Source of the DNA: Lingula anatina
Taxonomy: Eukaryota; Animalia; Brachiopoda
Assembly: GCA_051362555.1 (NCBI GenBank)
Contig: CM120640.1
Location: 40,030,788-40,094,787, forward strand
DNA: 64,000 nt
Reading direction: 5' to 3'
A model generated the notes under the pieces. It did not search any database. It had not been told where the DNA came from and saw only the letters and a list, made by a program, of their open reading frames with translations. Below are positions 50,235-61,905 of the stretch, one piece after another; position 1 is the stretch's first letter; each line of letters starts with the position of its first letter. Position numbers and translations under genes: made by a program.

Positions 50235-51320
50235 GTGATAATGTTACGATTCTTATTTTACGGATACATAATTACAAAAATTAATTCCTGATTTAATACC
50301 CCCTATTTCAGCGCCTATTCCTGGCTGCGTTAATTATGGGGGGTTGGAAAGTAATCCGTTAGAACGCAGGAGTGATGATTGCTACTCTTACCAACGGTGC
50401 ATCACCGATCAACTAATCTCAGCCACCTGAAGCAGAATCACCAACAAAAGACAAATTGGACTACATCTGCCTTCTTGTTGAGACATCTTATGTAAAAAAG
50501 GCGATAACGGTCAAAACATACGTGCTTCGTGGTTTATTAAATGTTCATCGTATTTTTTCGTTCGTTATTCTTATGAGTTAAGCAGCTTCACCTCCGTGAC
50601 ACCCTTTTTATTTATTTAAACCATTGTTAGATAAACCATGGGTTTCACTCCAGATTTCACGATCGAGCAGCTGATCATGAGGAGAGTGTAGCATGCTATA
50701 GTAAACTACCCCAAATATATATACAACACCTCCAGGGTTTCACGATCGAGCAAGTGATCATGAGGAGAGAGTGTAGCAGAGAACTTCATTAATGGTCGTC
50801 ATAATTGGTGGTTGCCTTGGGAAAATGAGTTACATGATTACATAATACAGATACATAATAACATAAGATTAATACTAAAATTTTCCCTGATACAAAGACC
50901 CCTATTTGAGCGCTTATTCCTGACTGCGTTAATTACGGGTGATTAGAAAGTAGGCCTAATCTATGAGGACGCAGGAGCGATGATCGCTACTCTTACCAAC
51001 GGTAAATCACCGATTTACTTGACTCCGCTACTTCGAGCAAAATCACACACCACCAAAAGACAAATTAGACCACGTTCGTCCTCTTATTAAAACAAAGAAT
51101 GTAAAAATGTGATGTCGGTCAAAGATGAGGCCTAGACTACGTGCTTCATGGTTTATTAGATAGGCCTATTCATTGGATTTTTTTATTTCAATATTATAGC
51201 TTCACCTCGCGAGACCCTTTTTTATATATTTAAAACACAGCACCCCACTGGTTTCGCGATCATGAAGAAAGGGAGTGTAGCAAAGAACCTCATTAATGGT
51301 CGTATAGGTGGTTGCATTGT
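50235..51320 (+). repeat. Diverged ~0.55-0.6 kb tandem duplication
   Basis: 50235-50820 aligns with 50835-51320 (e.g. GCTACTCTTACCAACGGT, CAAAAGACAAATT, TCATTAATGGTCGT); copy 1 has its own ~45-nt internal duplication (50649 and 50731). Confidence 0.85.
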
Positions 51321-53099
51321 AGGCCTAACCTTGTTCATTTTAGTCGACAGACTAAGCTAGAAGAAAGAAAAGATCATTATCGCCTCTCTTTACTTAGGAA
51401 CAATAAGGATGGCTAGTGGCAGCATTTATAAGTTCTTTTATTTAGAAACTTTCCGATCCTTTGTCTTGGACTGCGTCCGAGAAACGGCGATAACGACAGA
51501 GACGTCCTCGAACATTTTGGACTCAGTGCAAATAAAAAAAAATCCGTTAAGAAGTAGCCTTTAAATGTCCTGGCAAATAATTTTGCGATGGCTCAGAGAG
51601 TTCTAGAATGAATGACAATCAACGACATTAGGGTTAATAACAGACTAAAAACTATCAGAGTGTAGGCCTGTCTTACTTCATTTCTAAGGCCATCTTGTGA
51701 TACGAGTCATGCTACACTACAAAAGAGGGGGAAGCAGTGGATGATTTAATACAGGGATACCATCGATAGTATATCAATAGAAAATCGCAATCCTCAAATG
51801 TTTTTTAATTCATTAAATATAAACGGTCTTTTCTCGTACAATGGGTCTGGTATAGTTGTATTGGCCTATCAGTTGGAAACACGTGGTTCGTCTACAATTG
51901 CAAATGGCGGAGGTGCCGTGGTAGTTATTGTCGTAAAATTAGCTGGATAAGGTGCACGTGAGAAAATTATTCATTAAATTTAGTTTTCGAGCGTCAGCTT
52001 AATCTGTTAAAATGCGAGACGAAAAAAATGATAGATAGAGCCTTATGACCCACTGTAGAATGATGCCGAATAATACATCAACGACCTAGTTTATCGGCAG
52101 ATAAACGTGTTTCCATTCTCGGCTGACTGAGGAAAGGTTTGAGAGAGCATTTAAAGAAGAGGCGGTCGAACCAATAGTGAGTAGGAAGTGTGCTGCAATC
52201 AAGACGAACAATACCGATCATAAGTGGACAGCTAATAACCCCTAATTAACCCCGGGTTACGCGCTGCTGTGTTGACTCCTTGCTGGGAAGGGGTAGCGGC
52301 CTCCTACTGCTGTGCGTAATCAAACATTGTCTTCTAACATGCGGCTACACGACGGTTGCATTGTATTAATAAAGTAATACCTATTCATAAGGAAGGGGGC
52401 GGATGGTAATCTTACGAGAATTAAATCAGTTATCGATCATACGCGTACCAATAGTCTTGTTTTTTTTAGCTATACGGTACTTACGTTTAAAAATCTGCCA
52501 GCAGAATCTCCTTCTGTTTAAACAACAAAGTCATGAATGTGTCCGAGAAGAATACTACAAAATCCGTGTCCTGTATTTATAATACTTGGAACCCTACTTT
52601 CCCTGGACCAGGATTTCCTTATGACATCAGTTGTACACTCCCGGGTGTTTACTTCGTACCACAGGCCGTGTGCTGTGGTATCATTACAATCGTCCTAAAG
52701 ATAGATTCGTGGCTATATCTATAGCTTGGGAATTGAATACAAATCCATGCATGTAAGTATTACTTGCAAATGTTTTAAAATACCAAACTGTTGTTACTCA
52801 ATTCCGCGTGATTATCCCTGGAGATTGTCGTAACTGACATGAAAACCATTATCAATATCCAAATGTATATGTGTCTTAATTGTACAAATAACTTTAGTAT
52901 GAAATAATGTATATAAACTACGGATGATGGTCATATGGCATCCGCGCATGATGGTCAATGTCCGTCAGAACAACCATGCTGCAACAACCAAACCAAGCTT
53001 ATAAATTACAACATCAGTCGAACAACAGGGTAATAATTATGAATGTAGGTCCGGGGGAAAGTCACATTACATACGCCGGTATATATACCTGTGTATTTA

Positions 53100-53365
53100 C
53101 TGGTGTCTTTTGTCGCTAGTCGGCTAGTTTCGGGGTTGTAACAGTATAATCATCTTAATAGGTAGTGGCCACATACCTGGTTGTTCCATCAATGCAAGGA
53201 CTGTTATTCTCTTACTTGCGTCTGCCTATACAACATGTACAGTAACTGTGTTAGATGTATCTTGAGTGGTTCGCTATTGTGTGAATCTGTCTGTAAACTG
53301 TCATTGCCTTACGGCATGCAACTGCTCGATTATCCCACGGAATGTTAATTAATAAAGTTGCTGAC
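53100..53365 (+). mobile_element. Possible LINE (L2/Rex-like) 3' end
   Basis: VPSMQGLL resembles the terminal ORF2 motif, followed by TCCCACGGAA...AATAAAGT; highly degenerate. Confidence 0.3.
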
Positions 53366-54073
53366 TCTTTTTGTCAGGTGTAAAACTGCGCGTATCTTCA
53401 GGCGAAGATAAAATTACAGGGGAAAAAAATGTCCCATATATATATAGGTACAGGTATGCCGGTAGCTGGTACCATTTTCCTTCACGGATGTGGACCACCG
53501 TCTACCAGGGAGGCAGTTATTATAAGCACGTTCTTAAAAAGCCAGAGAATCAAAGGACTGTCTATGTATCTGAAGACATTAATGTGAATACCTTATGAAA
53601 ATCAATCTGTCGCCCTGGTGGAGGGTAGATGTCGACTACAGTGCATTTGTTGGCAGTGTGGTGAACGCGATGGCAGTGATAGGGACGATGGCAAATGCTA
53701 CTCTCTGACCACAGGGTGCGCTAGTAGTCAGTTACAAAATAATTGTATTGCATATGCTTTAAGTTGATTTTGTATATTATTTTATAGGATCCTGATATCA
53801 GATTATAGGAAACTGTTTTCTCAAATACATGTACCTATTTATGAGAAAGGTTACACACATAATGTTTATTTCGTAAGTATTTTACACTGTACATTATAGG
53901 AACAGGAGCATGAGGAGTCAAATTCATGCCTTCTATATATTCCTAACCTTGAAGCATTCATAAATATACACTGACATGTGTATAAGGAGAGTTGCATCTA
54001 CCGATTTCATGAGCTTATTTAAGTTGAATACGTTTGCCTGAATGCCGGGGATATATTTGGCTCTGAAGCCATT

Positions 54074-54193
54074 CCCTTACAAAAAAGTCCTATAGGATCC
54101 TATAAGATCCTATAGGATTCTGTAGGAAATTGACCCAATTTCCTATAGGATCCTATAGGATCTTATAGGATTCTATAGGACTTTTTCGTTAGA
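54074..54193. repeat. 120-nt hairpin element built from TCCTATAGGA units
   Basis: AAAAAGTCCTATAGGATCCTATAAGATCCTATAGGAT...GGAAATTGACCCAATTTCC...ATCCTATAGGATCTTATAGGATTCTATAGGACTTTTT is a near-perfect inverted repeat. Confidence 0.85.
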
Positions 54194-54229
54194 TTTATAC
54201 TGTACCGTGGACACCCCCTCCCCCTCCCC

Positions 54230-54425
54230 GGTACAAGCACGCAATGGTACTCGTCCTCTTTGTATGCTTCTTTATAAGCATTGCAGCAAAATCACAATAA
54301 CTTAATTTAGGATCTATATTTTGATGTCTGCCCCTCTCGATTTTCAAGTCATGACAAGACGTTCTGAGCCGTGATAAGGCATTCTTGATCTTCCGCGATG
54401 TAATCACAGTTAAATAGCGCCCACA
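54230..54425 (-). mobile_element. Non-LTR retrotransposon ORF2 C-terminal (zinc-knuckle region) fragment
   Basis: LSRLRTSCHDLKIERGRH...C, then after a frameshift EDEYHCVLV; matches the R-x-S-x-H-x-L-x-IE-x-GR...C..C...EDE-x-H pattern of LINE ORF2 ends. Confidence 0.72.
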
Positions 54426-55254
54426 TTTAACTTAGTGAGAAAGGTTATTAAAAGATGTGATATATCAACCCATAAGTATTTAAAAAAAAAGACACGGTTC
54501 AGGTAAAATGCACGGGGTTCGAGTCTTCAAAAGCATACACATTATTCGTGCATAACCACTCACAGGAAAATTTATTATTATCATTATTATTTATATATCC
54601 ATAGATTCAGGTCCGATATTGACCTACCTCGTTTCAGATAAGGGTTTATCAAACTAATAGAAAACTGAAACACATTTGTTAACTGGGATCACTATAACTA
54701 CCAGGGGTCTTGTAAGAAAATTCTTGAAGAAAGTATCAGTATAATTTAGAAATTTATTTTGCGTTTTTCTATACATGTAGAAATGTCTAAGATCCCTACT
54801 TCTATGATGTGTATGGGCAGATAAAAGGCTTTTTGGTTTCTTTTGATTTTCTATGAACTATCCTTATTAAATGGTTTCCATCAGTAGTAGGCCCTACAAT
54901 CCAGTAAGGCATCATATATGCAAATGGAAAATAACATATTTAATTACGGGTGTCTTATACCGCGGTAGCATGTGTTAAGTTTCAGTATTTCTTCCTATTC
55001 CATAAATACAGTAATTCGTTAATTAATTCTTCAATTGTCTGAATTGTGTCTTCACCAAATGAGCTGTCAATCATGGCTACTTCAGAATAATGGGAATTAT
55101 ATAATTATAGTTGATATCATTTAGTTATATTTTACTGATACAATTCTAGGCTATAAAAAATCTAATTATTGCAAAGCATCAATAATTATGTAATTATATA
55201 ATTATATGTATTAATTGTTATTATATTAAATCCCAATATGATAACAGCATGTAT

Positions 55255-58200
55255 ATATCACTCGTCCATGTAACCATTTTCACTGGTCAAATCGACTCTG
55301 CTATCGGATGCATTCCCAGCTTCAACTGCCACCGCCTCTTCAATTGCGTCCATTTTGTTCAAGTCATGACGGGATAGATGCTACCCAACACTACCCAACA
55401 CATTCACGCTTGTTAGCAATCGATCCCTGGAAAAGAACAATACATTGTTCATTTTGCAAGTTAACTACATGAATTAACTGTGCACTATATTATCTGCTTA
55501 ACTAATCAGTTTTGTTTTCATTAAAGAGTTAAACTTTACTCACAAGAACCAATCCACGGTAAGGACGAGCTGAATATCATTCAGTGGCAAGCCTACAGCA
55601 GTGAGCACAATTGCCAAGGTGATAAGGGGAGCTTGTGGTGCGCTTGTTCCTACGGACGCCGCAATTGAAGTGATGCTAAAATTTAATAATGCAGTCTATT
55701 TTACGTGTTTAACGTGAAACCACATTTATCTCAACCTAAGAGAGTTAACCAAAATGAACACTCGAATAACATTAATATTTATGACGAATGAATATAAGAA
55801 AATATGATTTTATAGATGTTTGGCCTACTGATACATGAACGTTGGCCTGTCATACCAGTAGCTGAATTATCAGTGGCAAATTAAGGGGCGGGGTATTTTT
55901 TGTCTACCCTTTCGATGGTTATGTATGCTTGTATTATTAAATACTCGGATTAAATATTGTACATGTACATGTAAGTTTTTCCAATTTCTGAAAAGTAATA
56001 CAACGACAACCATAACTGTACCTGACAGTAACGATCTGACCAAAATTCAGTGGGATATTATTGACTTGGGCAATGTAGATGGATGTCACAGCTTCATACA
56101 GAGCGGTACCGTCCATGTTGATTGTTGTACCGATCGGAATTACGAAGTCCACAGCCTTTTCATGAACACCGTTGTTTTCTTCACAGCACTGCATTGTGAC
56201 AGGCATAGTCGCAGCACTAAAAACATAAACTTATAAATTTCAATTTCGAGTTTTTATAAAGGTGCATTGCAAATGGCTGTACATTTGCCAACATTCCTGT
56301 CTTTACCAATGCTTTTAAGGTATATATAATGAATAATGTCAAAATTGCCCACGAGTACTTAAAATCAGCATATTATTCCAATGCAAATACAGTTGTATTT
56401 ATTTATTTATTACAAGTAATATGATCATAAAGTATAATAATTAAAGTCAATATAAAAAGGGCCCTATAAGAGATTTTAAATACATATACAAATATTAATT
56501 CTTCTTATTGTGTTGAGAGATATCGACCTAAAATATTTCCCCATATAATAATTGCACTTTATGCCAAGAATATAGCTGACCTAGAGGCCGTTCCTAGAGC
56601 CGTGAAAATCGCCTTGAGAACCCCGTAAATGTACTTGTACGGGTTCTTCCGAACAAAGATCAGGTAAGTAATCGGTAGGAGAACATAACCGTGAAGAACA
56701 AGACCGATTATGACCGTCAGCATATAGTAACCAAGCTGCTGCAGCACACGAGCAGGGTCGTCCATGGAAACCACTCTTTCTGCAATCAGAAAGAACAGGC
56801 CGATCGGGACGTACCTGAAATGAAAAATGGCGCATAAATTCAAGGTATTATTGTGCGCACGCTACGGTGGGGCATATAGGCATGACGCGCTATAATTATT
56901 CTTTAATAGGAATCATCGACTTCTGCGCCAATATATTGTTCATTGGTTTATTTTTTTTAATAATAAATGGCATAAAAATGAACATTTTCGAAACGTATGT
57001 ATCTCTTAAACAGTCGGGTTAATATGGAATAAATCCAGCAAACAAACGAATCAACAATTCAGGGCTACATTCATACAACACCATAAAAATGAAAGAAAAA
57101 ATCAACTGCCACATTTCAGAATTTACAATGTAAAAGTTGTTGACGAGAAAAAAGCTGATAGGAAAAGATGATAGTTGAAAAAACAGATAAAATGACATAA
57201 AATGATTCCACTTACCATAAAACGGCATGAATTAAAACAAGCACAGCATCGCATAACGAAGTAAAGAAATTTTTGAGGGGAACTCCGCGTTCACCCAATT
57301 TACTGATCACAATACCGAGTGCGACAGAGAAGACGATCAACCCTAGCACATTCATCCCGTCTTTGCTACCAGTAGAAGTGGACTTCACGATATATGAGAC
57401 ATTTACATAGAACTGTGTTTCTGAAATAAGAACAATGGTGCTTAGAGGTGGTTGGCTCTCACACTGCCTAAATAAAATAATGCCAATTAAGTGAGCTTTA
57501 CCGGAAACAAAAGACTAGCCCAGTATATGTTTATGTGAGAGATTCTAAGCAATGCGCATATTTACGGTCCCAAAGATTGAAGACATAGCACTGCATACAT
57601 CCACGCATATATGTTAACGCACGGGTGTTAAGGTATTTCATAGTACATCAACTACAAATTTCTTCATGGGATAAAATGCGATTTCATCTCCAAATAAGAT
57701 ATTCCCTGCGACTTCATGGGATTCATTCCACTAGCACAGAGCATCTATAAAGGTGTAGAGTCACTCTCTGTATAAGAGTTAATTTTTGTATATCAGTAAT
57801 AACAATATGAAGACTATTTGTAATGTGCGGGTGGATGAGCGCACTGCAAGTCGGACTACGTGCGAGGGACGTATACATATACGTATACATATATTAATTA
57901 ATCTCTATTGATTATTGTAACCCTTCTTTTACAGATCTTTGCTCAAAAGACATAAAAACACAACAAGCTCACCGGTAACGTTATCTGTATTTGTCACATT
58001 TCTCTGCATCACTTCGGAAATATTAGCTTTTTGATGGTACACTTCTGGGTATCTATTGATGCTATCAAATTGTGCAACGAGTCGTTGAGTTGGGACATGT
58101 CAACGGCATGTTCATTATAACCCACCGACTTCTTGATATCAGTTGCCGTCTAAAATAAATGCATTCAAAGCATTTTCAAATGATTCCTCTGATATAGTTA

Positions 58201-59741
58201 CTAATCACAGATGAAATAATATAACATACTGAATGCGGCAGTTGATGCAGAACTATTTGTATTTAAACGTGTAATTTCATTATTCTGAAATTAGGAAATA
58301 ATTCCGGAGTGACTTGTTCAACTGCATTATCATGAATGCTTTTTCAGCTGTCTTTTATCCTAAAAACATAATTCGTTTGCTGATATTTCACAATAAATCT
58401 CACCCGTTTATTTTGCTACATGTAAAACTATAGCGCGAAAAATTAGCTTCATCCAACAGTAGTGGAAATAACGCAAGATTTTATTAAATGTGCCCATTTA
58501 AACTAAATGGTATTTTAAACTCACACAGGAGGGTTGCCTAGGGAACTTTATCCCCGCACCCTCTTTGTTATAGCAATTCAGCTGGTCACGTGTAACTGAC
58601 CAGCGGCCAGTCCAATCAGAACCAGCTGCCTCGTTTCAATTTGGTCACATGTAACTACCCAACGGCCATTCACAGCTTTAAACTGCACAGCGGCAGCAGC
58701 AAGTCATGCAGAGTTCACCGTCAGATTAATAGTACATGAACAGTGCAATGTATTATCTGTAGGCTACTGATTTTTTTGTTTGTTTTTGAAGTTATCGTGC
58801 AAAAGACACTGGGCTTTTTAAATGTATTACAAGGCACAACCATCTTATGCCTTTGTTCAGTAGTTTACAGTAGTATTAGAGGTGTAGGAATAAAGGTGTC
58901 TTAAGCCCGAATGTGTGTTGTTTTATCTAGCTTATCAGTTTCCAAAGTTGAAAAATAACTTACTTGGCGGAATGCAGCTTCAATCAAGTTACTTGGAAAA
59001 CAATTCCTAAGATAAGAAAAGCAAGACATTCCCAAATGGCGTAAATTAAAGATTACCAGTAGATTGAACATGTATGCAAAAACTTGTTTCGCAAAATCTT
59101 GCTTTTGAAAATTTAAAGAACATATAAAATTGACGGAAGAGCACAATCTTTTTATAATTTATTCATTTATTTATTTATTTATTTATTTATTTTAATATTA
59201 TTATTGTTATTATTATTTTTTAAATCATAGGCCTACATAGTTTCTTCCCGTGTGTCCTAAACTAACAACACTAAATCCAGTAGAGAATCCAAGGCCTCGA
59301 CATCTCTCACGACCTTGTCAGCTCTGTTAACACAAGGGGGTTCGGGGCATTCAGCCTCCCCTCTATTTCCTGGCTGTATGGTCACGACCAGAACTATGCC
59401 AAAGACCACATCAAACAGGGTGGTCCACAAAAAATAGGCGATCGCCCTAACGCCCATTTTTCCCGTGGAGGACGAGAGTGAGGAGGCTATTCCTGAGATA
59501 AGACTCGAAACGACCATGGCAGGATCAACATCTTCAGCATACGCAGTAAGAGATTCCCAGGAAGTTTCAGGTACTTTGCCTGCTGCGCGGTCAAGGGCGG
59601 GTCCAGCGTGCGTAGCCCGGCCCCTAGGACGATCCCTGAAGTCACGCCTAAGATGATACTTATAACCATCAGATGTGGGCGAAAAGCTTCCCAACATCTT
59701 CTCGCCTTCGACCGGTGTTTGCCAAGCTGATTTTTACTCAT
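55255..59741 (-). pseudogene. Gene B: unprocessed SLC1A/EAAT pseudogene, tandem paralog of gene A
   Basis: Exons 59741-59267, 59006-58964, 58149-57973, 57420-57216, 56814-56581, 56216-56022, 55675-55544 and 55426-~55255 align to A exons 1-8. Lesions: 1-nt deletion at ~59516 (stop at 59487); 2-nt insertion at ~58050 (exon 3 is 177 vs 175 nt); in-frame 3-nt deletion in HP2; TM8 rearrangement with a 10-nt tandem repeat giving TAG at 55381-55383. Confidence 0.88.
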
Positions 59742-60702
59742 TTTCGTCTTTAAGAACTGCCTGTTTCCTGTCGTAATTCTTCTTCTTTCTCCTGTTTCAA
59801 ATGTCCCAAATCACCTCGTTAACTTTTTGAATTCTAAGATTCCACCGTGTGAGGAATAAAACGGTCTTTATTCATCTGCCTGGGTTCGCGGGTACAGAAG
59901 ACTCTTATGTTTCCATTGTATAAAACATAGAGAGACGAGGTCATTACTACAAAAAAGACTATTCGATGTGGCATGCGCTACACTTAAGACAACACTAAGT
60001 TTCTATCAACTATACAAAAATATATTGCTATTTTGCAACTAATTCAATTAAATACAATTTAAAGGCAGTAAAATCCTTCATCATGTCCTCCACAGATATG
60101 TAAATATAATATATTTATGTTATAGTTTTAGATCCTTAGGACATATGGCTCTCTTCTAAAACTATCCCACCTTAAATGTTGCAGCAAGCCGTAACGGACG
60201 TGTAAAGAAATCATGCTAGGGGATATTATATAAAGTTTATCTGATGCCACTACGCCATATTCTATTTAAAAAACTGGTGATGCCTTGTATGAATAACCTT
60301 CATACAAATCATTCTATGCTTAAAGAATTCCAACAAAGAGTCTTCAGATACGGAAATGCCTTACATTACATCACATAAAGAAAATAACTCTACCAAAGGG
60401 CACACGGCGATAGCTTACATATGTAAGCAACAGACAAAAAATTACTTTCATGAACAACTGAATAGAGGCAGTAATAATACACTGTTGCTCAAAATGGCTG
60501 ACACGACTAATAAAACTTATGAATTTGGTACACGGTACTTGCCTTTTTTCTTTTATAAAAAAGCGGTACTAAAGCACACGTAAGTTCCGCAGCAAAAAGG
60601 TCCACTTTTCCAGAAAAAAGACCCCCTACCCTGAAATTGCTGGCTGCAGACCTGTTATTGAATAAGAGTATCAATAAAAGTCATTAAATTGGATATGTGT
60701 GG

Positions 60703-60708
60703 TTTATT
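60703..60708 (-). terminator. Candidate polyadenylation signal AATAAA for gene C
   Basis: TTTATT on the + strand ~1.2 kb downstream of the gene C stop; another candidate lies at ~60851. Confidence 0.3.
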
Positions 60709-61337
60709 TCTATATACAGTATTTGTGGCACAGAGAGCTACATTGTATTATAACAAGCTCTATAAAAAAAATTCTAAATACGTTTTGAGTTACCAGTGAA
60801 TTATTTTGTTTTCGCCTTAATGTTAAAACATTTAAACACCCTAACCTGTTTTTATTTCATTTAATTAATTAATTTTTTTTTCATTTTTTTCAATTTTCCA
60901 TTTTTTCATCCGTATGATCAGTTGACAACAGGTGTGATTAGATGCATCTACTTATTTTGGAAAGAACTTCCCACAGTTCTCATAACAATTAAGAAAGTTT
61001 TACACAGTTATTTGGGGATAGTGCTCGCGGCTTTTAAATGCCAATGTATCATTGGAACTTACATATGCAAAGCATTGTCTTAGTCGCAGTTAATAATTGT
61101 GGGTGCAGATAACAACCGTGCGATCTAAAACTGTATTTCAGTCCTTTGGCTGTTGTAGTTCTTGGAAACGCATGCAAGACGTCTCGGCACGATTTCTGAA
61201 CCCGTTTCTGACATCATTATTGTTTCAGGTAGAGTAAAGGTAAGGTTCGGATGAAGTGAAAAAAGGTCTGAGATGCAGATGTTGGGCACATCTCGAAGAC
61301 GTCTCGAAGACGACACGGCGACGTTCCATTCATTTAA

Positions 61338-61563
61338 GGGTGCTTTCCCAGAGATTTAGATCGATCTAAAGATTAAGTTTTAGAACGACCTAACTCCCTG
61401 GGGGTTCACGCTAAATTGCAGTCAGCCGAGCGGGCACCACAGTTAATTACCCCCTTACAGCTTTTAGTAGGCGGGACAGACGCCTAAGCCGGCCAAGCTG
61501 ACAGTAATCTAGTGAGACTCCCCACAGGGATAGATCGATCTAAAAATCTATGGAAATGGGGTG
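61338..61563. mobile_element. Second copy of the same palindromic MITE family, flanked by TAA on both sides
   Basis: Shares TAACTCCCTGGGG and AGTGAGACTCCCCA...GGATAGATCGATC with 957-1196; TAA flanks fit a PIF/Harbinger-type TSD. Confidence 0.7.
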
Positions 61564-61905
61564 TAACACTTCTTGGTCTTTATGGCCACATTACATGTAT
61601 ATGGTTAACTGGACTGGGGGCTACAGAAGGATGTTTTACTTGGTGAAGTGATTATTATATTGCAGTGAAAGATACCAAGGTCTAATAGAAGTGACAGGAA
61701 CGATTACAAATTAATACTTTTGCAAGAGATAATACATTAAGTTCACAAAATAACGGTGGTTTGACTGAATATGCTCCGTTGGCTTACAGCCTTTGATACA
61801 GGTACGAGGACAGACTTAATATGACACGCACTAACATTGTGCCTAATTTAATTGCTTTCGGATCAATAGATCCTGATGTTCAGTTTTGTAAACATATCCA
61901 ATCAG

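Noticed and set aside
57973-59520. Compensating frameshifts rescuing gene B
   Set aside because: The -1 and +2 indels do not cancel, a stop follows the first at 59487, and exon 8 has an independent stop.
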